NCBI GenBank assembly: GCA_024763535.1
Contig: JANTFH010000006.1
Coordinates: 7,438 to 71,437 of the forward strand
DNA length: 64,000 bases
Direction: 5' to 3'
Source: Thermodesulfobacteriota bacterium
GTDB taxonomy: Bacteria; Desulfobacterota; Anaeroferrophillalia; Anaeroferrophillales; Tharpellaceae
Positions 11,098 through 20,264 of this stretch are shown here, one piece after another. The notes below the pieces were generated by a model. That model worked only from the letters and a program-made list of their open reading frames with translations. It did no database searches and was not told where the DNA came from. Each line of letters opens with the position of its first letter. The stretch's first letter is position 1. Made by a program: the position numbers and the translations under genes.

Positions 11098-12396
11098 ATG
11101 ACCTCATCTCACACCCGCAAACAAGAGCCTCAGGGCCCGAAATCCGAACCGGTCATTATCACCCGTTCCGGCCACCCCGTATCCCGCAAAAAGATAGATC
11201 ATAATGCGGTCAAGATTCTCTACCGGCTGAAGAATCACGGCTTCAAGGCCTATCTTGCCGGCGGGGCCGTACGGGATCTGCTGCTCGGGAAAACCCCGGC
11301 TGATTTTGACATCGTTACCGACGCGACCCCGAAACAGGTAAAAAAGCTGTTTCGCAACTCCCGGATTATCGGTCGCCGCTTCCGCCTGGTACACATATTT
11401 TTTCATGGCCGTTCACAATCAATGCCGCAGATATTTGAGATTGCCACCTTCCGCCGGACCTTCACCCTGGATCAGGATGAAGCTGACAACATTGAAGAGC
11501 ATCCGGAACTTGCCAACAACCTTTTCGGAAGCCCCGGTGAGGATGCCGAACGGCGGGATTTCACCATCAACGCCATCTTCTATAATATCGCCGATTTTTC
11601 GGTGATCGACTACGTCGGCGGCTTACGTGACCTGAAAGACCGGATTATCAGGGTCATCGGTGAACCGGATTTACGTTTTGCCGAAGACCCGGTACGCATC
11701 CTGAGGGCCCTGGAATTTGCCTGCCGGCTTGATTTCACAATTGAAGATGAAACCGCCCGGGGCCTGATGGCCCAGTCGGAACACTTAAATGAGGTTCCGG
11801 CCAGCCGCCTGCGGGAAGAGTTAAAAGGTCTCTACATTAAAAAAACCACCTCCAGCCTGCTGGGACTCGGCTGCCGCTACCGGATCAACCACCACTGGCT
11901 GCCGCCGGAGATTGCCGAAAACTGCCCCGCGTCAATTCCCTTTATCAGGCAGATCGAAAATTTTTATCCAACCGCGGAAAACCACAAAGAACTGGAAAAA
12001 ATGGTGGTCGCGGCCCTGATTCTGCCCGGCATTCTCAATGATTTCCCGCTGGCCGAAAATGTGCGCCTCAACCAGATTCAGGAACTGGTTGAAGAACGTC
12101 TCAAACCGATAAACCAACGCTTCAATCTGCCGCGCTTCCAGAGGCATGCGATCAAGGATATCTTCACCCTGCTCTACCGTATCGGCCGCGGCGATAAGCG
12201 GGTCAAAAAACTGCTCAACCGGGATCACTTTTTTGCCGCCCTATTCTTCTACGCGGCGATCAATAATCAGGCCGAATCAAAACCGAATCACTTCTCCTTC
12301 TGGCAGAAGCAGTGCGAAAACCTGGGCCGCAACCCCAAAGCCAGAGGGCTTAATTACAGCGCTCTTTTCTCAAATAGAACAGCCGCCCGAAGATAA
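11098..12396 (+). CDS. pcnB: Poly(A) polymerase I / class II tRNA nucleotidyltransferase family
   Basis: GGAVRDLLLGKTPADFDIVTDATP nucleotidyltransferase head motif. Arg/Lys-rich N-terminus typical of PcnB. Confidence 0.8.
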   Translation: MTSSHTRKQEPQGPKSEPVIITRSGHPVSRKKIDHNAVKILYRLKNHGFKAYLAGGAVRDLLLGKTPADFDIVTDATPKQVKKLFRNSRIIGRRFRLVHIFFHGRSQSMPQIFEIATFRRTFTLDQDEADNIEEHPELANNLFGSPGEDAERRDFTINAIFYNIADFSVIDYVGGLRDLKDRIIRVIGEPDLRFAEDPVRILRALEFACRLDFTIEDETARGLMAQSEHLNEVPASRLREELKGLYIKKTTSSLLGLGCRYRINHHWLPPEIAENCPASIPFIRQIENFYPTAENHKELEKMVVAALILPGILNDFPLAENVRLNQIQELVEERLKPINQRFNLPRFQRHAIKDIFTLLYRIGRGDKRVKKLLNRDHFFAALFFYAAINNQAESKPNHFSFWQKQCENLGRNPKARGLNYSALFSNRTAARR

Positions 12397-12398
12397 TC

Positions 12399-13262
12399 AT
12401 GCCGCACTCAAAACTTCATCTGGGAAAGATCAGCTACTTAAACTGCTGGCCCCTTTTCCACGAACTCCCGAAAGTTCTGGATCCGGATCACTTCAGCCTG
12501 ATCCCAGGTCACCCGGCCCGGCTAAATGCGGGGCTCAAAGAGGGCCGGATAGACATCAGCCCCTCATCCTCAATGCTGCTGGCCCACGATGATACGGACA
12601 ACAACTATTTTATCCTGCCGGATATCTCCATCGCCTCACTCACCGAGGTTCGCAGCGTCATCCTTTTGAGCCGGAAACCCCTGCCCGAGCTAAGCCCCGG
12701 CACCATCGCCCTGACGAATCAGTCGCTGACCTCGATCTTTCTCTTAAAAATTATTCTTTTCCATTTTATAAAACTCAATCAAGACAAACTCTCCTTCACG
12801 ACCGGCGAGTTCTCAACCGACAATTTTGCCGCAGATGCGGCGCTGATCATCGGCGACCAGGCTTTAAGACTGTATCACAACCCGCCCCGGGGCTATCAAG
12901 TCTACGATCTGGGACGGCTCTGGTATGAATTTACCGGGCTCCCGTTTGTCTACGCCCTCTGGATCGGCCGCCGGAGCGCCCTGAAAAACAAAAGTGAAGC
13001 CATTATCGATCTCTACCACGCCTTGAAAGAAATTATTGCCGAGCTACCGCAGAGATATGCCGGATTGACAACTCCGGCCCTGGCGGAAACCGGGAACCAT
13101 GCGGCAATTACCCCATCCCAGCTGAAAAGCTACTGGGAGCAGGCAATCTCCTACCGGCTCGAGCCGGAGAGTCTGAGCGGGCTTGATCTCTTCTACCGGC
13201 TGGCCCGGGAACTGGAATTAATCCGCCAGGTTCCGCAACTTGAGTTCTTCCCAGCACCCTGA
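12399..13262 (+). CDS. MqnA/MqnD-family protein (futalosine-pathway menaquinone biosynthesis, periplasmic-binding-protein-like fold)
   Basis: 287 aa. N-terminal LHLGKISYLNCWPLF motif characteristic of the MqnA/MqnD (DUF178) family. Confidence 0.55.
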   Translation: MPHSKLHLGKISYLNCWPLFHELPKVLDPDHFSLIPGHPARLNAGLKEGRIDISPSSSMLLAHDDTDNNYFILPDISIASLTEVRSVILLSRKPLPELSPGTIALTNQSLTSIFLLKIILFHFIKLNQDKLSFTTGEFSTDNFAADAALIIGDQALRLYHNPPRGYQVYDLGRLWYEFTGLPFVYALWIGRRSALKNKSEAIIDLYHALKEIIAELPQRYAGLTTPALAETGNHAAITPSQLKSYWEQAISYRLEPESLSGLDLFYRLARELELIRQVPQLEFFPAP

Positions 13263-13338
13263 GATCCGGAAAAAAGAAAATCGACCTCCCACCTGAAATC
13301 ATTTACAACCATCATAACGACAAAGTCACGGACGCAAC

Positions 13339-13392
13339 AAAGCTGTTTCCGTCATCTTGATTGGATGTCATGGAAACAGCTTCATTATTTTT
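13339..13392 (+). terminator. Long hairpin (11-bp perfect stem AAGCTGTTTCC/GGAAACAGCTT, 21-nt loop) followed by a T-run, between the convergent mqnA-like and FAD-oxidase genes
   Basis: Seen directly in the sequence; T-run ATTATTTTTA on the plus strand. Confidence 0.5.
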
Positions 13393-13429
13393 ACCCGGCC
13401 GGATAAATGATGCCGGTAGATAAAACCGA

Positions 13430-15046
13430 TCAGGGCATAAAGACATTGCCGCGATTTATAAGGAAATCGGGGTCGATGGCGGCCTTGCATCTTTTCAATT
13501 GAGCAATAACATCCGGGCTGTAAAGAATCGTAAAATCCTTGCGTTTCCGTTTGCCGGTGCCGTGTTCTCCGGAATAGACACCGCCTAAAGCCACGGCCTT
13601 GGCAATGAAAAGATCATAGAGCTCGGTTGCCCGTTCCAGCTTCGCCTTTTCCGGCAGCAGGGTGAAATGAAGGTGGCAGTCGCCGAAATGGCCGAAAGAG
13701 AGATAGTCGATCGCCTCGCTTTGCAACTGGGCGTGAATGTAGTCTAAAAATTCGGCAAAATGCTCGGGCGGAACCACGGCATCGGTCATAATCGTATAGG
13801 TACCGTGCTGCTGGATGACCTCTAAAGCATTGGCCGGCATAGAGTGACGGGACTCCATAAAGATCCGGCGTTTAGGTTCATTATCAAGCAGAAGAACCGC
13901 CTCCGTATCGATCCCGCAGCCGGAGTCGAGCAGACGGTTGAACCAAATCTCAACCTCCCGATCATACTCATTTTTCTCGACCGGAACCTGGAGATAGACG
14001 GCCACCTGGTTGTCGCCGTAAAAGAGGCGCTCCTTGTGATCCATATAGGCCAGACTGTTGACTCCGAAATATTCGAAAGCGCTTAAAACCGAGAAATCAC
14101 CTTCAAGTTCGTGCTCAACATAGGCGTAAAAAGAGAGGGCTGAACTCTCATCCGGAAGCGAGAAGAAGAGATCGATGTAAGTCTCGGGAGAGGGAGCCAG
14201 TTTCAGGGTGCAGGCGGTCACCAGGCCGAAAAGACCCTCGCTGCCGATAAACATATCGATCAGATCAATCTTTCCATCCGGTGAAGAGAAAGGGCCGCTG
14301 GCATTCTTGACGCGGGGCCGGACATAGGTCGGCACCGGCCAGGATTTACGAAAGCCCCCGTCCGCCAGAATAAATTCCCCGTTTTCCGAAACATACTGAC
14401 CCCGCCCGGCCTCAATTTTAAGACCGTCGGGCATAATGATATTGAGGCCCGCAACCCAGTCGCGGGTCGCTCCGATCTCACCCGGGGTAAATCCGGAAGC
14501 ATTACAGGCGATGGTGCCGCCGACCCAGGCATCTCCCCGGCTGGTGGGATCAACCGGATAGTAGAGCCGGTTACCGGTATCGGCAAGAATTTTATCCCGC
14601 AACTCTTCAAGGATTATATTGACCGGACTTTTAACTAAAGCCTGCTGCGGATCAATGACAATCCGGATCTCATCAAGCTTAGCGGTCGATAAGACAATAC
14701 CGCCTTCCGCGGTCGCGCTCCCGGTCAGATTGGAGCGGCCGCCGGAGATGGTTAACGGAATTTTTGCCGCTCTCGCGGCCCGCAAGATAGCGGCCGTCTG
14801 GCGGTCGCTATCCGGCCGGCAGAGGGCGTCGGCCCGGGCCGGCAGATTGGAGCTGTCGGAGGCATAACCTGAAACAATTTCCGAATCAAGAACCAGAGCC
14901 AAAGAAAATTTTTCAAGCAGAAAATCGGCAATCTGCGGCAGATTCTCCAGCCCCTGATGGCGGCCGCAGAAATCGTCGACAGCAAGGTATTCGGAATCGC
15001 TTAAAATTCTGCTTAGCGGTATGACATTGCTGCTCATAGTTATCAC
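13430..15046 (-). CDS. FAD-linked oxidase (PCMH-type FAD-binding; GlcD / D-lactate dehydrogenase family 2-hydroxyacid oxidoreductase)
   Basis: 538 aa. N-terminal FAD_binding_4-like region (TISGGRSNLTGSA ... GGIVLS). C-terminal FAD-oxidase domain. Confidence 0.8.
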   Translation of the reverse strand: MITMSSNVIPLSRILSDSEYLAVDDFCGRHQGLENLPQIADFLLEKFSLALVLDSEIVSGYASDSSNLPARADALCRPDSDRQTAAILRAARAAKIPLTISGGRSNLTGSATAEGGIVLSTAKLDEIRIVIDPQQALVKSPVNIILEELRDKILADTGNRLYYPVDPTSRGDAWVGGTIACNASGFTPGEIGATRDWVAGLNIIMPDGLKIEAGRGQYVSENGEFILADGGFRKSWPVPTYVRPRVKNASGPFSSPDGKIDLIDMFIGSEGLFGLVTACTLKLAPSPETYIDLFFSLPDESSALSFYAYVEHELEGDFSVLSAFEYFGVNSLAYMDHKERLFYGDNQVAVYLQVPVEKNEYDREVEIWFNRLLDSGCGIDTEAVLLLDNEPKRRIFMESRHSMPANALEVIQQHGTYTIMTDAVVPPEHFAEFLDYIHAQLQSEAIDYLSFGHFGDCHLHFTLLPEKAKLERATELYDLFIAKAVALGGVYSGEHGTGKRKRKDFTILYSPDVIAQLKRCKAAIDPDFLINRGNVFMP

Positions 15047-15051
15047 CTCTG

Positions 15052-16338
15052 CTAATTGGAATCGGCGGCAGGTTTCAGAATCAGGAGCGGGCCGTCGGGG
15101 ACTACGGCCCAGCGGGCCTTGGGACCATGCCGAAGCAACAGTTCGGAAACTGCCGTCTCCAGAGATTTGACCGGCTTCATGTGATAACTCTCAATATCTG
15201 CCGCGCTCAAACCGTCACTGTAAAGCCAGACCGGATGCTCAATCATAACCTGATAGGTCTCCTGCGCGCACCACTGATCCGGAATAAAAAATTCCCTCGC
15301 TAAAAGACGTTTGATAAAATTCTGCGGGCTGTCGACCATCTTCAGAATTTCGACATATTCGGGACTGCCCGCACCTTCGCTGCAGGCACTGGCAATCAGA
15401 ATCTCGCCGCCGGGTTTAAGCACCGGAGCCGCCCCGGTTATCCCTTTAACCGTCTGATAGAGGTTGCAGTCAAGCGGGGCTCCGGAGTTGGTTGTGACAA
15501 TAAAATCCAGAGGTTTATCCAACTTGCGGGTGCTGAAAGGCGCCAGAAAACGGCAGCCCTCAAGATGCGCCGCTAGCGGATCACCGGCAAACACTCCGGT
15601 AATCTGTTTGGCACTGTTGAGGGTGACATTAACAATAAAATCGGCCCCGGCCCGGGCCATGATTTTCAGCCCGGCTTCATGAAAGGGATTACCTTCAAGG
15701 GCCCCGTAAACCGTCATCGGATGAGCGATCATCTCGGGCCCATGCATATATTCCAGGGTCTCAATCGAAGAGATTCCGGGGAGAATCGATTTCCGCCCCC
15801 CGGAAAAACCGGCCCACATGTGGGGTTCGATAAAGCCGGTCAAAATTTTGAGCTCGGCGGCCACATAGTGACGGTTAATCAGCGCCGGAACCCCGTCATT
15901 TATTTCACCAACTAAGACCAGATCTTCGGCTTTTTTTGAGAAATGGTTGACAATACGATATTTTGCGGCGATCTCCTCGCCGACCAGAGCAATCAGCTCC
16001 GCCCCCTCATTGGGACGGTGGATGCCGGTGGCAATAAGAATGGTGATCGCCTCTCTCGGAATGCCGGACGCCTCAATCACGGCCAGCAGCGGGGGCAGAA
16101 TAATCCGGTTCGGAACCGGCCGGGTGATATCACTGATTACGATACAGGCACTGTGGCGGCCCCGGGCTATTTCAGCCAGAGACTTTGCCGCTATCGGCTG
16201 AACCAGGGAGCGGGCAATCGCCTCCCCGGGATCGGCAATCACTTCAGCCTCCCGGGGCCGTAAAACTCCTTGAAATCCCGGGCTCTCAGTTATCTCAAGC
16301 GGCAATCCCTCGACGCCATAACTCAATCTGATTTTCAC
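15052..16338 (-). CDS. larA: LarA-family nickel-pincer-nucleotide-dependent 2-hydroxyacid (lactate) racemase/epimerase homolog
   Basis: 428 aa. Residues align with L. plantarum LarA catalytic and cofactor positions: His107 (GIHRP), His173 (EPHMW), Lys183 (GGRK) and His199 (EYMHG), matching H108/H174/K184/H200. Confidence 0.7.
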   Translation of the reverse strand: MKIRLSYGVEGLPLEITESPGFQGVLRPREAEVIADPGEAIARSLVQPIAAKSLAEIARGRHSACIVISDITRPVPNRIILPPLLAVIEASGIPREAITILIATGIHRPNEGAELIALVGEEIAAKYRIVNHFSKKAEDLVLVGEINDGVPALINRHYVAAELKILTGFIEPHMWAGFSGGRKSILPGISSIETLEYMHGPEMIAHPMTVYGALEGNPFHEAGLKIMARAGADFIVNVTLNSAKQITGVFAGDPLAAHLEGCRFLAPFSTRKLDKPLDFIVTTNSGAPLDCNLYQTVKGITGAAPVLKPGGEILIASACSEGAGSPEYVEILKMVDSPQNFIKRLLAREFFIPDQWCAQETYQVMIEHPVWLYSDGLSAADIESYHMKPVKSLETAVSELLLRHGPKARWAVVPDGPLLILKPAADSN

Positions 16339-16848
16339 TTACACACCCCAGCAACCAAAGACCATAATCTAACATCCACTGCTTTTCTGCAGCTAAATCA
16401 CCCTGTCTTGAAATTATTAAACCATAACTACAGCAAAAAAACAACCTTCGTTTTATCTCAACTTTTTCATTCCGGTTTGCTGTAAAAAGCCAGCATGAGC
16501 CCGGTGGCAATGCCGACGATCGACCATGACCATGGACTGGCTGACAGAGCTCACGTACTCCCGGCACACTTCACCACAAAACCGACGATGCAGCCGACAA
16601 CGGCCCCTATCACCACTCCGTATATATATTTCTTCACGTTACCCGTCTCCCTCTCAGGTTGAAGATGTTGAACCGTATCCCACACCCCTATCCCATACCT
16701 TCCCGACATTAATTTGTAAAGAGGGAAGGCCCCAATCTCATTGAAATTCCCTTTTGAGTTGATTATTTGGCCAAAATGTTATACGAAATAATCAACCGTA
16801 AAATTCCACATAATTTATACTATAACCAATCATTGTGGTGACAAACAG

Positions 16849-17445
16849 ATGAAAATTATAGGTGTATCAGCAAGCCCGAGAAAAAATCAGTCTACTTACT
16901 ATGCCCTGCAGCAGTGCCTTGAGGAGATAACCCTTTCGGCGAAGAGCGCGGGGAAAAATATTGAGGTTGAGATAGTCGATCTGGCGGGGATGAAGATCAG
17001 CGGCTGTATATCCTGTGATGCCTGCAAAAAAGATCTGGTCTGCAGTCAGAAAGATGATTTTCAGGAATTGATCCCCAAATTTGCCGATCCCGAAATTGCC
17101 GGAATTATAATCGCGAGCCCGGTATATATGGGTTGCATGAGCAGCCAGGCCAAGGCATTTATTGACCGCTCCGTGCTCTTCAGACGTAATCGATTTATGT
17201 TCAGAAACAAGGTTGGTGGAGCCATCGCCGTGGGCGGCTCACGCAACGGCGGTCAGGAGTTGACAATTCAGGCGATTCATGCCGGAATGATGATACACGA
17301 TATGATCATTGTTGGCAATGACAACCATTTCGGCGGTATGGTCTGGGGCAATCATCCCGACGGCTATAAAGCCGATGCAACCGGCATCACAACCGCCAGA
17401 AATCTCGGCAGACGCATGGCCGAAGTAGCTCTGATGATAAGCTGA
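16849..17445 (+). CDS. Flavodoxin-like NAD(P)H-dependent FMN reductase / iron-sulfur flavoprotein (Isf-like)
   Basis: 198 aa. N-terminal GVSASPRKN flavodoxin-like fold. Cys cluster GCISCDACKKDLVC. Confidence 0.65.
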   Translation: MKIIGVSASPRKNQSTYYALQQCLEEITLSAKSAGKNIEVEIVDLAGMKISGCISCDACKKDLVCSQKDDFQELIPKFADPEIAGIIIASPVYMGCMSSQAKAFIDRSVLFRRNRFMFRNKVGGAIAVGGSRNGGQELTIQAIHAGMMIHDMIIVGNDNHFGGMVWGNHPDGYKADATGITTARNLGRRMAEVALMIS

Positions 17446-17538
17446 ACACGTTAAAACCGTAAGACATGGTCTGACTCCGTTTGCGGACTCCAAAAACCTT
17501 GCCGGCTGCGGCCTTGTAAGTTTTAAGGGAGGTGACAC

Positions 17539-18768
17539 ATGAAAGGGAAATTGTCTCTCAAGGGGCAGATTGCCGATTATGTCAGGCAATGCGCTCGTGA
17601 ATCTCTGGAAATCATCTACTGGGACGGCGATCGGGAGATCTACACCCCCGAGACCGAAAGCACCTCCGGCAAACCGGTCTGCACCCTCCATTTCAAAAGC
17701 AAAAAAGCGGCCCAGCAGGCGCTTTTCAGGGGTTCGCTCGGTTTTGGCGAAGCCTATATGGATGGTGAGATTGAGGTCGAAGGTGACTTGCAGCAGCTTA
17801 TCCGTTTAAGCCTGCATCCGACCTTTGACAGTTGCCAGACACCGATTGTCAGCAAACTCATACCCTTGACAGGTCTTTTCTATAATTATAATTCCATTGA
17901 TGGTGCTCACAAGGCCATTGCTTACCATTACGACCGCGGCAACGATTTTTACCGTGACTGGCTTGATGACAGCATGAGTTATTCCTGTGCCTATTTTAAG
18001 AATCCGGGGAATTCACTTGAACAGGCCCAATATGATAAGTATGAACACATTTGTCGCAAACTGAGGCTGCAGCCCGGAGAACATCTCGTTGACATCGGCT
18101 GCGGCTGGGGAGGAATGCTGATTCATGCGGCTCAGCATTACCAGATTAAGGGTACGGGATACACCCTGTCGCAAAACCAGCTTGACTATGCCAGACAATG
18201 GGCCCAAAGGGTCGGAGTTGCCGATCAGCTGAGCTTTCATCTTCAGGATTACCGGGAGGCGGAAGGTTCTTTTGATAAATTTGTCTCGATCGGCATGTTT
18301 GAACATGTCGGCAAGAAGTACTATCCCGTTTTTTTCAACAAAATGCTGGAGTTGTTGCGTCCCGGAGGCCTGGGGCTGCTGCACACTATCGGCAAAAATG
18401 ACGGAAGCCCCACCAACTCATGGATTACTACCTATATTTTCCCGGGTGGTGAGCTGCCGCAGCTATATGAAATCTGTCGTATTTCCGGCCGGCATGATCT
18501 TCGAATAATCGATATGGAAAACCTGCGCTATCATTATCATCTAACGCTGGAGAACTGGATTAAACGTTTTGAACAGCAACTGAACCACATCAGGGAAACA
18601 ATCGGCGGCAATGAAGAGGAAAAAGAGCGTTTTCTGCGCTGTTGGCGGCTCTATCTCAATGGTTGCTCGGTAAATTTTGTCCATGGACCCCTGGATCTTT
18701 ATCAGGTCACCTTTACCCGGGGGATGGCAAATGATATGCCCCTGACGAGGGAGTATATCTACCTCTAG
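17539..18768 (+). CDS. cfa: Cyclopropane-fatty-acyl-phospholipid synthase
   Basis: 409 aa. SAM-binding VDIGCGWGGMLIHAA. CFA-synthase C-terminal region. GGAGG SD. Confidence 0.9.
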   Translation: MKGKLSLKGQIADYVRQCARESLEIIYWDGDREIYTPETESTSGKPVCTLHFKSKKAAQQALFRGSLGFGEAYMDGEIEVEGDLQQLIRLSLHPTFDSCQTPIVSKLIPLTGLFYNYNSIDGAHKAIAYHYDRGNDFYRDWLDDSMSYSCAYFKNPGNSLEQAQYDKYEHICRKLRLQPGEHLVDIGCGWGGMLIHAAQHYQIKGTGYTLSQNQLDYARQWAQRVGVADQLSFHLQDYREAEGSFDKFVSIGMFEHVGKKYYPVFFNKMLELLRPGGLGLLHTIGKNDGSPTNSWITTYIFPGGELPQLYEICRISGRHDLRIIDMENLRYHYHLTLENWIKRFEQQLNHIRETIGGNEEEKERFLRCWRLYLNGCSVNFVHGPLDLYQVTFTRGMANDMPLTREYIYL

Positions 18769-18838
18769 ACTGAACAACCGTCTTTCAGCGGCGGGTTGTA
18801 CTGAACCGACATGATGACCACCCACATGTCTAATAAAA

Positions 18839-18878
18839 CACAAGAACGCGAAACCCGGTTCGGTTTCGCGTTCTTGTG
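18839..18878 (+). terminator. Perfect 17-bp-stem hairpin downstream of cfa (CACAAGAACGCGAAACC / GGTTTCGCGTTCTTGTG); U-tract weak on the plus side
   Basis: Seen directly in the sequence. Confidence 0.4.
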
Positions 18879-19088
18879 TGAAATTAAAATGAAATCTTAA
18901 ATTATCAGCTTGTTTCTCTCCGCCGCAGTATCAACAGGGTCGCCAACGACAGCATAATCATAGTAAGTATCATCCCCCATTCATTGAGGGCTGGTATGGG
19001 TTGCGCTCCCCTTCCCTACCGGAAAGTTTGGTACCTCTCAGGTTACTTATCTGCAGGCAACGCCCGCCTTGACTATTAAACTTAAAAA

Positions 19089-19110
19089 GGCGGGGAACCC
19101 CCGCCTTTTT
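19089..19110 (-). terminator. Bidirectional rho-independent terminator (GGCGGGG-AAC-CCCCGCC flanked by an A-run and a T-run)
   Basis: Lies about 25 nt downstream of the minus-strand zinc-ribbon ORF stop. Confidence 0.6.
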
Positions 19111-19134
19111 ATGCCGACCCTGAAATCAAAAACA

Positions 19135-19308
19135 CTATTTATGCGATTCAGGGTTGATGGTTCCGGCACAATGCGTACCTTTACCAAGTTCGTCATCATA
19201 GACCTGAATATTAATGCTGCCGCACTCAGGACAGGTCTTGATATTTTTCTGATCCGAAGTTAAATGTTTTTCATAGTCACAATCCATGCATAACAGTCTT
19301 AGCGCCAT
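19135..19308 (-). CDS. Small zinc-ribbon protein (57 aa, CxxC...CxxC), absent from the ORF track
   Basis: Minus-strand ORF MALRLLCMDCDYEKHLTSDQKNIKTCPECGSINIQVYDDELGKGTHCAGTINPESHK. GGAGGG SD 7 nt upstream. Terminator immediately downstream. Confidence 0.5.
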   Translation of the reverse strand: MALRLLCMDCDYEKHLTSDQKNIKTCPECGSINIQVYDDELGKGTHCAGTINPESHK

Positions 19309-19817
19309 AATCAAACCCTCCTGTAAACTATAGATTGAAGGACCATCCTGAAAAATCCCGAGAAGACAGCCCCGATTGCATCACCAGCACAACCACAACC
19401 CTTACCGGAGAAACTTGCGTAACAAATCTTCCGGTCATAGGCTTCTATTTTCACCCTGCGTCACGCTTTCGCCTTTCAGCTTCTTATCAAGCCGTTCAAG
19501 AATCTTCTCTTTTACCTTCTGTTGCAGCGGCCGACTCACCTGAGCCTTATTCAAACCAACTTTTGGCCTATCCAGCGAGCCTTTAAGCGTTATCCCAAGC
19601 GTCGCTCCCCCTTTTTCATTCACAGTCTCTTTCACCCAAGGATAATGCTGCCCCAGGTCAGAGTGCCATCCCAGCTACTATTTAGTTTAACCACTCCATC
19701 CCGAATCCGCAAGTTTCCGGAAAATTCATCAACCTTCAGCTCTTTTAACTGGAACAAAGCCAGAACTTACGACGAGGCGACCGGCAACATTTTCCATCAG
19801 ATATTCGTCAGCTACCA

Positions 19818-19874
19818 GATTTCAATCAACATTTCAATATAATTTCGGTTTTCCGGATTTCAACCCGATTTCAC
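19818..19874. repeat. Four closely spaced copies of GATTTCA(A/C) in an AT-rich non-coding stretch
   Basis: GATTTCAA at 19818, ATTTCAAT at 19831, GGATTTCAAC at 19856, GATTTCAC at 19867. Confidence 0.3.
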
Positions 19875-19918
19875 AGCGCAAATACAACAAATTTAAATAC
19901 ATCTCTCCCTACCCTTCC

Positions 19919-20074
19919 ATGCTGACCCTTCATCTTCAGGATTACCGAAAAGCTGAAGGCTCCTTTGATAAATTTGTTTTGATCGACATATTTGAACATG
20001 TCGACAAGAAGTACTATCCCGTTAGAGAAAACCACACATCCTATAAAATAAGGGGTTACGGCAATAGACCGTAA
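19919..20074 (+). pseudogene. Remnant of a cfa paralog: about 105 nt that are roughly 85% identical to an internal part of cfa (18228-18335), in a 51-codon ORF
   Basis: MLTLHLQDYRKAEGSFDKFVLIDIFEHVDKKYYPV... matches Cfa LSFHLQDYREAEGSFDKFVSIGMFEHVGKKYYPV. No N- or C-terminal Cfa domains. Confidence 0.6.
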
Positions 20075-20080
20075 CCCCTT
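20050..20080 (-). terminator. Rho-independent terminator downstream of tRNA-Pro (12-bp stem AAGGGGTTACGG/CCGTAACCCCTT)
   Basis: Perfect inverted repeat followed by a U-run on the minus strand. Confidence 0.6.
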
Positions 20081-20087
20081 GATATGA

Positions 20088-20164
20088 TGGTCGGGACGAG
20101 AGGATTTGAACCTCCGACCCCCTGCTCCCAAGGCAGGTGCGCTGCCAGGCTGCGCTACGTCCCG
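20088..20164 (-). tRNA. tRNA-Pro (anticodon TGG)
   Basis: Reverse complement folds as a cloverleaf: 7-bp acceptor CGGGACG/CGTCCCG, D-arm GCGC, anticodon stem CCTGC/GCAGG with loop CTTGGGA, T-arm GGAGG-TTCAAAT-CCTCT, 3' CCA. Confidence 0.9.
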
Positions 20165-20264
20165 ATTATGTAGTTCTTTGCGGCTCGTTAAGAGAGGCGG
20201 CTTCTAACATAAGTTCTTATAACTGGCAAGAGATTTCTATAGATCAGCGGGCCCGGCATCAGCC

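Noticed and set aside
18905-18988. 27-aa minus-strand peptide MGDDTYYDYAVVGDPVDTAAERNKLII
   Set aside because: No SD, too short, and no support.
19435-19635. 66-aa Lys-rich minus-strand ORF
   Set aside because: GTG start with no SD, no downstream terminator, and lies in the degenerate region.
18013-20131. Minus-strand ORFs 18013-18384 and 19871-20131 with similar translations
   Set aside because: They are antisense shadows of cfa and of its duplicated fragment. They are useful only as evidence of the duplication.
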